Source: Ignavibacteriota bacterium
GTDB lineage: Bacteria; Bacteroidota; Ignavibacteria; UBA10030; UBA6906
Direction: 5' to 3'
Assembly (NCBI GenBank): GCA_963801355.1
Contig: CAWDEM010000008.1
Location: 1,760,001-1,824,000 of the forward strand
Length of the DNA: 64,000 nt
In this document: positions 10,901-21,164 of the stretch, piece after piece
How the letters are laid out: every line of letters begins with the position of its first letter
Numbering within the stretch: position 1 is the first letter of the stretch
The notes under the pieces: generated by a model
Told to the model about the DNA's origin: nothing
Database searches by the model: none
Seen by the model: only the letters and a program-made list of their open reading frames with translations
Made by a program: the position numbers and the translations under genes

Positions 10901-11551
10901 TTATAGGAGAAAGCGGATCCCTACCGAGACCGGCAGGATGATGGCCGAACGCGTCGCCCCTCCGATATACTTCACTACAGAAGGGAAAAACAAACCTGAC
11001 ATCTTCAGCGAGGCAGCAAGACCATCGTTAAAGATTCGCATATACTCTACTCCACCCTGCACACCGAAGCTCACCTCACCGAGAAAATCATAGGGGTAGG
11101 TCCGCCTGCCGTAGGTCTCCTCGCCATGCGCAAGAAGAAGGGCGGGACCGACTTCGAACCGGATGACATCAGGGCCGCCCACCATGATGTGCGGCCGAAT
11201 GAGTATGGCAAAGTGAACGAACGACCCGGACACGCTTATCGTGTCCCCTTTCTTCAATGCATATTCCTCCCATGCGCTGCCGTTCAGCGGGGAGTATCCC
11301 CCTTCGACGCCGAGGGTCCAACGATTGGCAATCCGGAAATCCAGGTCTCCCTCGAATGCGATGCTGGCGTCAAAAAGGTTGACGGATGATGATACCGGAC
11401 TATTCCGCCAATCGCCCAAAGGTTGGAAGTAACTTGCACGAAGCCCGAGGGAACTCCTCGCAGAGTCAGCGCCGGTCTGCCCCCGGAGGTCCAAAGGAAT
11501 TGCAGTAACGCAAAACAACAGCGCCGATATAGCAACTCTGTTTGCTCGCAT
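10901..11551 (-). CDS. Outer-membrane beta-barrel protein (8-stranded type)
   Basis: Signal peptide, amphipathic strands, C-terminal PVSVGIRFLL; ATG 11551 follows GGGGGAGG. Confidence 0.6.
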   Translation of the reverse strand: MRANRVAISALLFCVTAIPLDLRGQTGADSARSSLGLRASYFQPLGDWRNSPVSSSVNLFDASIAFEGDLDFRIANRWTLGVEGGYSPLNGSAWEEYALKKGDTISVSGSFVHFAILIRPHIMVGGPDVIRFEVGPALLLAHGEETYGRRTYPYDFLGEVSFGVQGGVEYMRIFNDGLAASLKMSGLFFPSVVKYIGGATRSAIILPVSVGIRFLL

Positions 11552-11565
11552 GGCCTCCCCCTGCA

Positions 11566-12042
11566 TCAATTCTGTTTCAGGTCAGACTGCGTGACCACCC
11601 ATTGGACTGGATCGGCTGTTTCCGTCACGGTCGCTTCCGTCGATGAATCGCAGTCGTTGCCCTGCTGATTGCAGGTGCTCGCGATATCTTCGGAACTCGT
11701 GCTGGTCCTGTGGTACACAATCTCGAACGATTTCGAGGCACTCCCTTTGACACCCTGGCCGGGCGAGTAGCGGACATCGACGACAATATTCGCGAATCCA
11801 TCCGCATTGTGGTTCACCACCGCACCCGGCGGGATGTAGACGGAGGGTTTGTTGTTGATCACAGCGTGGAGGTAGTAGGATGTTCTGTTCACCAGTGTGA
11901 ACGTCGCGCCCTCCGCGCCGAAGGAAAATGCGTAGGGCCAGAGAACGGCCACTCCCGCGATGACGTAGGACGCAGTCCGGATGCGTTGCCGCCAGACAGT
12001 ATTCCCGGCCGAATTCGCCGGTACGAGCCTGCTCTGTCCCAT
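11566..12042 (-). CDS. Hypothetical exported protein
   Basis: 158 aa, RBS AGGAGG, hydrophobic N-terminal segment, beta-rich, two Cys near the C-terminus. Confidence 0.65.
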   Translation of the reverse strand: MGQSRLVPANSAGNTVWRQRIRTASYVIAGVAVLWPYAFSFGAEGATFTLVNRTSYYLHAVINNKPSVYIPPGAVVNHNADGFANIVVDVRYSPGQGVKGSASKSFEIVYHRTSTSSEDIASTCNQQGNDCDSSTEATVTETADPVQWVVTQSDLKQN

Positions 12043-12244
12043 GTTCGCCCTCCTGTACCTTGACTCAGAGAGACACTAGCGCCGTTCCAACAAGATGAAT
12101 GTACAGAGCATCACAATTTCAGTGGTTGGAACGAGCACTGTGCCCCTCGTTATAGTGAATCAAAGAGTTGGAGGGGCACTAGCTTGTGGGAGTTATGATC
12201 GCAAAACATACCCTGAGTGTTGTCACGAAATCGTCAAGAATGCG

Positions 12245-14098
12245 TCACACATACCCCGCCGCCTGAAGCCGGAACAGCTCCGCGTAGCGCTGCTTCCGCT
12301 CCAGAAGCTGCTCATGCGTCCCATCCTCCTCAAGCTGCCCGTTGTGGAGCACAAGGATCCTGTCCGCCATCCGGACCGTCGAAAACCTGTGGGAGATAAG
12401 GAGCGCCATGCGTCCTTTCGTCAGGTCGCTGAACCGCTGGAAGATCTCATACTCTGCCCGTGCGTCGAGCGACGCCGTGGGTTCATCGAGCACGAGCAGC
12501 TGCGCATCGCGCATATACGCCCTGGCGAGTGCGATCTTCTGCCATTCGCCTCCGGAGAGCTCTATCCCACCCTCAAACCGCCTACCCACCATCTGATCGT
12601 AGCCCCCCGGCAGCCGCTCGATGACCGCGTCAGCAAGGCTCTGGTTCGCTGCATGCACAATACGCGGACGATTGTCAGCCTCTTCGATCAACCCGATGGC
12701 GATATTCTCCGAGGCGGTCATCTGATAGTGAACGAAGTCCTGAAAAATAACGCCGACATCGCTGCGAAGCTGCTCGAGGTTGTACTCGCGCAAGTCATGC
12801 CCATCCAGCAGTATCCGCCCCTCCGTCGGATCGTACAACCGCGTGACCAGTTTGATGAATGTTGTCTTGCCCGAACCGTTCTCCCCCACAAGCGCAAGAC
12901 GCTCGCCGGGCCGGATGACGCAATTCACGTTCCTCAGGGCCCAGCGGTCGCTCTTCGGATACTTGAACCCCACATTCTCCAAACGAAATCCTTCACCTAT
13001 GGGCTGCGGGAAGGGACGGGGATTCTCGGGGGATTTCACGCGGGGCTCGATTTCAAAGAATTCATACAGGTCGCTCAGATATAGCGCACCATCTGCAATT
13101 TGCGTGAAGCGTCCGAGGACCCCTTCCATCAGCGAGCGTAGCCGGCTGAACGACCCCGAGAGGAACGTCAGGTCGCCAAGGCTCAACTGTCCACTCACCG
13201 TTTTGAGAATGATAAGGATATAGGCGGCGTAGTAGCCGCCGCTTCCCACGATGGCCAGCACACCCCCCCAGCCGGCACGCCGGATGGAGAGGTCGATGTT
13301 TGCCCGCGTGAACCGGTCGGCCAGCGTCCGGTATCGCTCCCGGAGAAAGCCGGACAGGCCGAAGATCTTCAGCTCCTTGGCAGTCTCATCGCTTGCTCCC
13401 GCATAGCGCAGATAGTCCAGTTGCCTGCGCTCGGGCGTCCACCTGTGCATCAGGGCGTAGCTCCGCGCGTTGAAATGTGACTCCCCGAGGAATGCCGGAA
13501 CAAGTGCAACGAGCAGGAGCACGATCAACCAGGGGTTGAACGCTACGAGGCCGGCACCAAGCGCGATGATTGTGACGAGGTCCTGTACCTGACCGAACAC
13601 CTGGGACATGAGCACTACGCGGCCCGATGTCTGCCTGCGGGCCCTGTCCAGCCGGTCATAGAATTCCGAATCTTCGAAATGATACAGGTCGAGTCTGGCC
13701 GCATGATCCATCAGCTGGAGGGAAGTTGCATTCGAGAAGAGGTCACCCATGATGGCGTCGACCAGCGCGACGGCACGTCCGAGCAGGTCTGACACTACCG
13801 CAAGGCCAAACTCTGCGGCCACCAGCATCCAGAGGTGGCGCGTGCTCCCCGATGCGCCCACGAGCCGGACCACCTCGTCGATGATGAGTTTACCGACATA
13901 GAGCGACGCCAGGGGCAGCGTGGCCCGGATCCCCCTGAGAACCAGATTGGCCACGGTGAGGAGGGGGCTGACCTGCCAGACCCTTTTGAAGAATTCCGGG
14001 AGATGGCGGAATGCCGTCAGGCGTTCGCGCAATGATACGTCTTGTGCAGGGGGACCCTCGCCGCTGATGCCGCGTCCCGGTCCAGATGACTTTGACAT
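12245..14098 (-). CDS. ABC exporter, fused permease/ATPase
   Basis: TM domain, Walker A GENGSGKT, LSGGEWQ signature, LVLDEPT, ISHRFST. Confidence 0.95.
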   Translation of the reverse strand: MSKSSGPGRGISGEGPPAQDVSLRERLTAFRHLPEFFKRVWQVSPLLTVANLVLRGIRATLPLASLYVGKLIIDEVVRLVGASGSTRHLWMLVAAEFGLAVVSDLLGRAVALVDAIMGDLFSNATSLQLMDHAARLDLYHFEDSEFYDRLDRARRQTSGRVVLMSQVFGQVQDLVTIIALGAGLVAFNPWLIVLLLVALVPAFLGESHFNARSYALMHRWTPERRQLDYLRYAGASDETAKELKIFGLSGFLRERYRTLADRFTRANIDLSIRRAGWGGVLAIVGSGGYYAAYILIILKTVSGQLSLGDLTFLSGSFSRLRSLMEGVLGRFTQIADGALYLSDLYEFFEIEPRVKSPENPRPFPQPIGEGFRLENVGFKYPKSDRWALRNVNCVIRPGERLALVGENGSGKTTFIKLVTRLYDPTEGRILLDGHDLREYNLEQLRSDVGVIFQDFVHYQMTASENIAIGLIEEADNRPRIVHAANQSLADAVIERLPGGYDQMVGRRFEGGIELSGGEWQKIALARAYMRDAQLLVLDEPTASLDARAEYEIFQRFSDLTKGRMALLISHRFSTVRMADRILVLHNGQLEEDGTHEQLLERKQRYAELFRLQAAGYV

Positions 14099-14123
14099 AA
14101 AGATCCTTGAAAGATCAATCCGG

Positions 14124-16707
14124 TTATTGGGCTTTCATCGCTCCCCAGTGAATCGCATTGAACAACAGTTTGAAAGTCGATTCCGTCTGGGCGCGTTGTT
14201 GGACGCGAAAGCCGAGCAGCACGATTTTCCCTTTTCCCCGGGTGAACGCCACAGCGGCCGCCCTGCGTTCCAACTTGTCTGCTCCGTCAATCCATCCGGA
14301 CATCAGCATGTCCTTTTCGTCATCCGGGTACCAGACAAGCACGTGACGCGTGACGTCCGCCGCCGGAGGAATCGTCCGAAATGCCATGCGCTGATTCACG
14401 AATGCGGCGATTTCTTGAGGCATGCCGTACGCCACGGGGTGGGTGGCATCAACGTATGCCCTGATGAGGGAGCCGGGACAATTGAATTCTTCGCGCTTCA
14501 ACTTCGCCAGCGCGTTCGCCACCGGTATGTTGAACTCATCGATGACAAAATCGCACGCGGACGCCAGCGCGACGAGCGTTCCACCCTGCTCGACAAACTC
14601 CTTCAGGTTCTTCACTCCTTCCTTGCCGATCCCGCCCGAATACTCCGGCGGAAAGTCGACGAAGTATTTTGACTCGCCTTCTTCCGGCTTCCGCTTCCCG
14701 TCCACAATCACGTCTTTGGAGATGTCCGGCAGGACGATAACATCGAAGGAGGCGGTGAGTTTCTTCTCCTTCATCTCTTTTGTGCTGATGCTCTGGAGCG
14801 GGAAACGATATTGCTCCAGCAGCCAGCGGGTCCAGCCTTCGTCCATGGAAGCCGTCCAGGGTTTGTACATGCCAAGCCGGAACCGCTGGAGCTTCTCCAG
14901 CGGGACGGCGATCGGCTCGCGAAGTCCGACGAGCCGCAGGCCGTAGGTCTTTGCGATCGCAGCAGGGTCTTTCACCTTCTCGAGCAAAAGGGCCCCTTTC
15001 ACAAATGTTTCGCCACCAACCTTGACATCGGCGGCGGTGAGACTCACACTTCCCTCCGCCTGCACCAGATCGTTGACCAGCCGCGATACCGCATTGCGCT
15101 CATGGGAAATGATAAACTGGCTGGCATCCGGATTCTCGACCGACCCCTGAGGAATGTCGGTCCCGTTTACCGGTCTGAGCGTGGCCCGTGCGTCGCTCCC
15201 CCGTGTGACCTTCTCAACGGTCACGCCCATCATCAGCGGGAGGGACCAGGCGGTGACGTCATATGGCGGAACGATGTCCGGACCTGGCACGGGTTTCACT
15301 TCTGGATACCGTTGCACGCCGAGCATCTCGTTGACGAATCGCGCCATCGGCTGGGCAGTCGGGATAAAGAAGGCGTTTTCCGTCTCGTGGAAGAGCACCT
15401 CGGCCCCGTTCTCACGCAGAAGATGCGCCAGATGTGCCGCTGAATGCGGATCCCGTTGATGCAGTGCAATGCGATAGAACAAATCCGACGAACCGAGCTT
15501 GACTGCATCGAGTGCCATTGAGGCAGCATCGCGGAGGATCTCCGCCCGATGGTCGGCGCATGCCTCGAGCAGCGCGTCAGAGGCTGCGCGCTCATAGTCC
15601 ATGATGTCACGGAGGCGCCAGACCCCGCCGGGCCACGGGTTCGGAAAATTCGCCTGCTGTGCGTATTCGATCAGTCCTTTGGTGTCTCCTCGCAGCTCTC
15701 CGGGGACGATGTCCACAGGAGTCGCCATCTGCGTCGACGCCGCTTCGGTCAGCAGGCCGCAGACGTTCTTCCAGCACGCGGTCCCCTCCCCTCCGCCCGG
15801 CCAGTACGTGTCGTACATCGCACCGTAGACCACTCCGGACTTTTGCTGCTCTTCGAGGCGCCACGCCATAAGCGTTCCGATATTATCCACAATCCGCCAG
15901 ACAAGGGGATGAACATTCAGCGCGACCGGATTCGTGTGGGGCGGAACAAAGAGCCTCGGTCCAGTCGACCCCATTTGGTGTTCGTCGAGCCAAACCTGCG
16001 GGTGCCATGTGTGATATGCAGCCTTGTTGACCGCCTGCGTCTCCTTCTGCGTCAGCATATACCAGTCACGGTTGTTGTCGTGCCCCACATACGGATGATA
16101 GAGCCAGGGCATCCGCCCCCCTTCGTATTTGGTCCCGACATACTTGCGGTACCAGTCGACAACCATTTGCTGGCCGTCGGGGTTAAGTGAGGGGATGAGG
16201 ACAAGAATGACCTCGTCGAGACGTCGGAGCGTCTCTGCATCCCGGGCAGTGACCAGATCGTGGGCCCACTCCATGAACATCTGTGTCGCACCGATTTCCG
16301 TTGAATGGCTGTTGCAGGTGACCAGCACGATCGTTTTTCCACTGCTCACCAGGTTCTCGATCTCCTGAGGCGCAAGTTCCGCGCGGGTCGGCGAGACGAC
16401 GGGCGATATCCTGGTACGTCTTCTTGTTCTTGACGTTCTCTTCGGACGAGATCACCGCGGCGATCAGATCTCTCCCCTGGGTCGTCGGTCCGAGGTGCTC
16501 CACCTCGATCCGTTTCGAAGATTTTGCGAGCGCGTCGAAGTACGATGCGATCTGGCCATAGTCTGCAAGTACCCGGTCTGCCCCGACAGTGAATCCGAGA
16601 AATTGCGTGGGACTCTGGATCTGGACCGGTTGTGCATGAAGCACGGATGCAACGACGGTCAGGATGGCAATGGTTCTGAGAACAAAAGACAGGCAGGGTG
16701 ATTGCAT
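14124..16707 (-). pseudogene. Secreted M14 zinc carboxypeptidase, split by a +1 frameshift (pseudogene or sequencing error)
   Basis: Signal peptide and N-terminus from ATG 16707 to LADPRG; the other frame continues LAPQEIENLVSSGK..HSTE..NPDG..DNNRDW..DEHQMG. One extra A at 16377-16378 separates them. Confidence 0.8.
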
Positions 16708-16728
16708 ATGGGTTCCTCTACTCAGAAG

Positions 16729-16765
16729 GAAAAAGTGAGCCCCATGCAAGACGGACATGGGGCTC
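16729..16765 (-). terminator. Rho-independent terminator after the T9SS cargo gene
   Basis: GAGCCCCATG (16737-46) / CATGGGGCTC (16756-65) stem followed by ACTTTTT on the minus strand. Confidence 0.75.
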
Positions 16766-16790
16766 GGGGGAAAAGAGACGCGTGCTCGGT

Positions 16791-19490
16791 TTACTTGATC
16801 AAAACCATCTTCTTCAGTTCAATATACGGAGCACCGCCGGCGGTCGGGCGCGCTTCCATGCGGTAGAAATAGATGCCGCTGGCTACACGCATACCGCTAT
16901 TGTTCGTCCCGCTCCACACCACCTGGACATAACCTGCTGGACGCTCCTCATTCAGCAAGGTTACGACCTCGCGGCCGAGGGCATCATACAGTCGCAGGGA
17001 AACACTTGATGCGGTCGGCAGTCCGAAACGGATCGTGGTGGTGGGGTTGAACGGATTCGGATAGTTCTGCGACAGCGAGAACGATGTGGGCATCATGTCC
17101 ATTTCGTTCAGTCCGGTGATTGTGCCACGCACCAGGGTCACCGTCGCCGTATCGGCATTGTAGACGACCGGATTGGGGTCCTTCACCATAACGGACCATT
17201 TCAAAATAACAGAGTCTGCAGTTCCAAGGTAGGTCAGGAGCTGTTTCCCCGTGCGTACCAACAATGTGTCATGGGCAGAGTTCGCGGTTGGAACAGCGGT
17301 CTTTCCTATCGGCATCCATTGATAGGTAAGGACATCGCCGTTGAAGTCCAGAGCACTCTTCCAGCGGAATGTGACAACTTGTGCGGTGTCGTTCAAAACG
17401 ATCCGCGAGTCTTTGGCTGGCTCGAGCAATGCGAACTTTCTCAGCGGCGGGGCGTTGAATGGCGCGAAGTCAGCTTTGAATATGGGAGTAATCTGGTATC
17501 CATTGTTGTGCACGGTTGTCGAGGTTGTGAATTGTGATGCAACGCCGGTAAGCTTAACCGGGAAGGCGGGATATGTGCTACCCGGTACCTCGGTGTCACT
17601 GTCCAGACGCATAATGAGCGTATCAACGCCGTCCCAAATGTTCAGGTTTGCCGAGCCTCCAAGTCCAGGCCACCCTGCAGATCCAAAATCAAGTGGATGT
17701 GCGAGGGTAAGCTGAATCCGGCGGCTCTCATACAATTCCGGATTGGTCTTGAATTGGCCGATGGTCAGTGGAATGGCAGCAATCACATTCGCGGTATCAA
17801 TGACAACGATATCCGTTGCCAGATCCCTCGGGACGATCTCCGTCGTTCCTCTGTAGTAGTCGAGCACTCCTGTTACCATTACCCGGTAGCCCGGCCCGAT
17901 AGTCGGGGCACCCGTGAGGCCACTCTTGAAGATCTGTAAGCCGCCGGTGGCATCCTGGACGAAGTAGCCGAAATTCGTCGTCTGGATATTGACGGAGTTA
18001 ATCACGCCAACAACACGGAGAGTGTCACCTTTCCGGTCCGGTTGGCGGTCGAGGTTTGCATCAATGCGGGCCTCTCCGATGGAGACGAGATCGAAAAGGT
18101 ACCCCGGAGTAGTGATCGTCAACGTGTCGGAACTTGTGAGTGCATAGGAATTCGACCCACCCGGCGCAGCCACCAACACTACTTGCTCATTTGAATTCTC
18201 GAAATAAACCAGGTTCCCCACGGCGTCAGTGATGACACAGCTGCGCGCCGAAGATGCGTTGTTGTCCGGATCCGCCCATGCGATGGCCCGCGTTGGTTTG
18301 GCCGCGTCGAGATGCGTGAACGCATACAGACCGCTGACCTCCGTTGGTGATCCGGTGCCAACATCATGTGACAGATAGAGGATATCATCTGATCCACTTG
18401 TGGTCGCTCCATCCCAGAGCGCAAGTGTCACAGGATCACCATCAGCCATCCGTGAAGTCCACACAGTGTCCGCAAGCGTTTTTGGGAGGGATCCCGAGGC
18501 GAGGTTGAACTTCAAGACGCCTCGCGATTTCACCGGCAATGTCCCGATCGCGGAGTCTGCTCTGTAGATAACGTATAGGGAATTATCCTGTGCGATCTTG
18601 GCATCCCAGAAGAACAGCCTCTTCCCGAGGTAGGAACCGACGGTGACGAGTTTCTGGGGAACTGCAGTGTTGAACTTCTGTGTGCCGATCGCCACACTGT
18701 AGACAGCGCTGTCGCCTGTAACATAAAGGGTCTTGGCAGATCCTGTCCCACGCACATCCAATCCCTGGATTTGCATGCCATATGCGCTGGAATCGAAAAG
18801 TGCAACATTTAGTGTGTCCACATGAAACCGATAAATGCGACGGTCGGTGAGGCCGATGACGTATATGTAGCCATCCTGATCTGCAGTGGGCGAGAACCGG
18901 ATGCCGGGCGTTCCGGGGATGGTGACGCCGGTGGTCGCAACATATGCGGAATCAGGTTTGAATCCCCACTGCCGTCCATCCGCAGAATGCCGCACAAGGC
19001 CGGTTGCATACCCCCCACCACTGACGGCATAGATGAAACCAAACCAGCGCGATGCAGGATTCTTGATGCTTGTTATGCCACGCGTGAAGATGGAAGGTGT
19101 TGTCACTGAAACTTCCGTGTAGGATGCATATCCAGCATGGTATGCAGTCACCATGGCTTTGTACGCGCCGGCGCCAGCTGCCACTTTGGGCGCGGTGGCA
19201 CCGTTCCACATGATGGCGTTGTCACCAACAGAAAGACCTGTTTTTTTCACAGTGGCAACGGGTGAACCACCTGCTGCCGGAACAATCTGTACCATCACGG
19301 AGTCGGCAGCCTGATTCAGAACGAAGCGAATTGCTGCACCGGTGCCATCCGCAAAGCTTCCGTCGAAGGCAGCGGTGGAATAGTCCTGTGTTATGCGGAT
19401 GAACGAAGGGAAGACATCTGCTACGGTGGATTGTGTAGCCACGACGACGAGTGTGGCCAGAAGCGCGATAAGTAGAGACCTTTTGCGCAT
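16791..19490 (-). CDS. T9SS type-A sorting domain protein (FlgD-like Ig, propeller-like region, OB-fold-like repeats)
   Basis: Signal peptide; C-terminal SLSQNYPNPFNPTTTIRF...SGIYFYRM..KKMVLIK; YFVQDATGGLQI OB-fold-like segment; ATG 19490 after GGAG. Confidence 0.85.
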   Translation of the reverse strand: MRKRSLLIALLATLVVVATQSTVADVFPSFIRITQDYSTAAFDGSFADGTGAAIRFVLNQAADSVMVQIVPAAGGSPVATVKKTGLSVGDNAIMWNGATAPKVAAGAGAYKAMVTAYHAGYASYTEVSVTTPSIFTRGITSIKNPASRWFGFIYAVSGGGYATGLVRHSADGRQWGFKPDSAYVATTGVTIPGTPGIRFSPTADQDGYIYVIGLTDRRIYRFHVDTLNVALFDSSAYGMQIQGLDVRGTGSAKTLYVTGDSAVYSVAIGTQKFNTAVPQKLVTVGSYLGKRLFFWDAKIAQDNSLYVIYRADSAIGTLPVKSRGVLKFNLASGSLPKTLADTVWTSRMADGDPVTLALWDGATTSGSDDILYLSHDVGTGSPTEVSGLYAFTHLDAAKPTRAIAWADPDNNASSARSCVITDAVGNLVYFENSNEQVVLVAAPGGSNSYALTSSDTLTITTPGYLFDLVSIGEARIDANLDRQPDRKGDTLRVVGVINSVNIQTTNFGYFVQDATGGLQIFKSGLTGAPTIGPGYRVMVTGVLDYYRGTTEIVPRDLATDIVVIDTANVIAAIPLTIGQFKTNPELYESRRIQLTLAHPLDFGSAGWPGLGGSANLNIWDGVDTLIMRLDSDTEVPGSTYPAFPVKLTGVASQFTTSTTVHNNGYQITPIFKADFAPFNAPPLRKFALLEPAKDSRIVLNDTAQVVTFRWKSALDFNGDVLTYQWMPIGKTAVPTANSAHDTLLVRTGKQLLTYLGTADSVILKWSVMVKDPNPVVYNADTATVTLVRGTITGLNEMDMMPTSFSLSQNYPNPFNPTTTIRFGLPTASSVSLRLYDALGREVVTLLNEERPAGYVQVVWSGTNNSGMRVASGIYFYRMEARPTAGGAPYIELKKMVLIK

Positions 19491-19589
19491 AAGCGGCTCC
19501 ATGAGGTTATTGTGGGGATTCTGGGAGGTTGACCAATTAGTAATATAATCGCGAATTGAGAGGAGAAAGGCAAGTGCCCGGTCTGACTT

Positions 19590-20819
19590 TCACCGGTTCC
19601 CGCCGCCCAGCACTTCTTTGATCGCGCTGACTGCTCCGCCGATGTCTTTGATGCCCGACCAATTGTAAATGCACATGTACCTGCATCTTGGATCAGCCAA
19701 TGTGTGGTCGATGGCCTGGCGCCAGTCAGCTGAATCCTTTTTCTCCATAAGCATCCACTCGACAGCGGCCCAGAATGGCGCATCGCTTTTCTCCAGTGCC
19801 TTTTGCACACCCTTGTCTTTTGTGGCATCGCCCGCATACCTGTAGAAACTCCATCCCGGGCAGGAATACCGGTTCAACGCGGTTTCGTAGAGGAGCTCTT
19901 CGTCCTTCCAGCCGCCGACATGCGTGAATAACTTCTCCCGGGGCACCCCCAACCCGGCGGCCAACGAACAGAGGTCGTCGACATGCCTTCTGACAATCTC
20001 GGCAAGGTGAGCCTCCTGCAACAGCCCGGAGTCAGCCAGTTGGGCGGTTCTGACGGCTGCATAACCGATCGCGGTTACGCCTCGATCCGGCACCAATTCA
20101 CCTTTTAGCTCGGTTTGGGGATCCCGGCTTTCGGGCTGGTCCAGGCGCGCATTCCCATCGGGATAGTAGAATGAGTTCACTCCTATGGCACTCTCCCATC
20201 CCAGCTTGATCCCGATGAGTAGGGACTTATTTTCCTCAGGCAACCTCCCCCACCACTCAAGAATCAGGGGAATGAGGATTTTCATCTCATCGTGACACGC
20301 TTTGCGGTAAGGGGGACTCATAAAATTGGGAGGCGGCAGGACCCGGACTTGTTTCCCCCAGTTCCGCCAAGCGATTTTCATTGCATATTCGGGACCCCAC
20401 CCTGACCACTCGACATTCCACCTGTTCTGCGGGTCGTACCCGGGATGTTCCCGATCCCACCAATTCCACAGGTCGGGGCGGGCTTCCCACAATTGTTCGC
20501 CGTCAAGTTGTACGACGATCGGAATATCATGCTGCTCTGCAAGGGTGAGGAATTCAAGCAGGTGGGCCTTGCATTGATCCCTGGGCCCGTTGAGGTACGA
20601 GAAGATGGCACCAATACCCAGCCTCACATGGCCCGACGGCCTGTCTTTCGCCAATTCCCCGATCTGCTCAAACAGAGAGTCAGGCCGCTCACCGGGAATG
20701 ATGTTCAGGACAAGGTACTGCTCCCCCCCGCTGGCATCATAGAGGGCGAACAACACCAGCGTCAGACATGCGAATGCTGTCCCGAATGCTCGGCTGTACA
20801 ATCTGTGCCTTTCTTTCAT
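19590..20819 (-). CDS. Hypothetical exported protein, possible TIM-barrel glycoside hydrolase
   Basis: 409 aa, signal peptide, Trp-rich, GIKLGWES and WAAVEW acidic motifs at predicted strand ends. Confidence 0.6.
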   Translation of the reverse strand: MKERHRLYSRAFGTAFACLTLVLFALYDASGGEQYLVLNIIPGERPDSLFEQIGELAKDRPSGHVRLGIGAIFSYLNGPRDQCKAHLLEFLTLAEQHDIPIVVQLDGEQLWEARPDLWNWWDREHPGYDPQNRWNVEWSGWGPEYAMKIAWRNWGKQVRVLPPPNFMSPPYRKACHDEMKILIPLILEWWGRLPEENKSLLIGIKLGWESAIGVNSFYYPDGNARLDQPESRDPQTELKGELVPDRGVTAIGYAAVRTAQLADSGLLQEAHLAEIVRRHVDDLCSLAAGLGVPREKLFTHVGGWKDEELLYETALNRYSCPGWSFYRYAGDATKDKGVQKALEKSDAPFWAAVEWMLMEKKDSADWRQAIDHTLADPRCRYMCIYNWSGIKDIGGAVSAIKEVLGGGNR

Positions 20820-20937
20820 TGTCGGATCAGGATGATCTATTCCTGAAGTCCTCCTTGCGTCAACGCTCTGGTCGAAATTGGGACTTCTCCCGCACTCAAG
20901 TATGAGGTTCTTGTGGTTTGCATCGACACGCTAGCAA

Positions 20938-20966
20938 ATGGTAGAAATGCGAAGTGAGATAGTCAA
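20938..20966 (-). promoter_or_regulatory. Putative sigma70 promoter for 19590..20819
   Basis: Minus strand TTGACT-N17-TACCAT. Confidence 0.55.
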
Positions 20967-21066
20967 GCGGTCGGGCGTAATGCGTTGGCCCCATGCCTTC
21001 GCCCCGTCACCAACGCACAACTGCGGACACTGAAAATCGATTGCCCGTTTCTGGAAATGGGGAAGC

Positions 21067-21149
21067 AAGTTGTCAACGGAGAGGCTGTACGGTGGAGTTG
21101 ACATAGAGTTGTCTACTGTGTATGTTACAGAAAAGCTGAAGTTGTCAAC
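21067..21149 (+). promoter_or_regulatory. Sigma70 promoter overlapped by repeated GTTGTCAAC-type operator boxes
   Basis: TTGACA(21098-103)-N17-TATGTT(21121-26); AGTTGTCAAC 21068-77, AGTTGTCTAC 21107-16, AGTTGTCAAC 21140-49. Confidence 0.7.
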
Positions 21150-21164
21150 CATGTGGACGGTACG

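Noticed and set aside
20938-20966. Fifth copy of the kinase promoter module (shares GATAGTCAA)
   Set aside because: Similarity is confined to the -35 region. Leader and start context do not align.
21067-21149. DnaA boxes / oriC
   Set aside because: TTGTCAAC differs from TTWTNCACA at several positions, is palindromic, overlaps a promoter, and there is no DUE or dnaA context.
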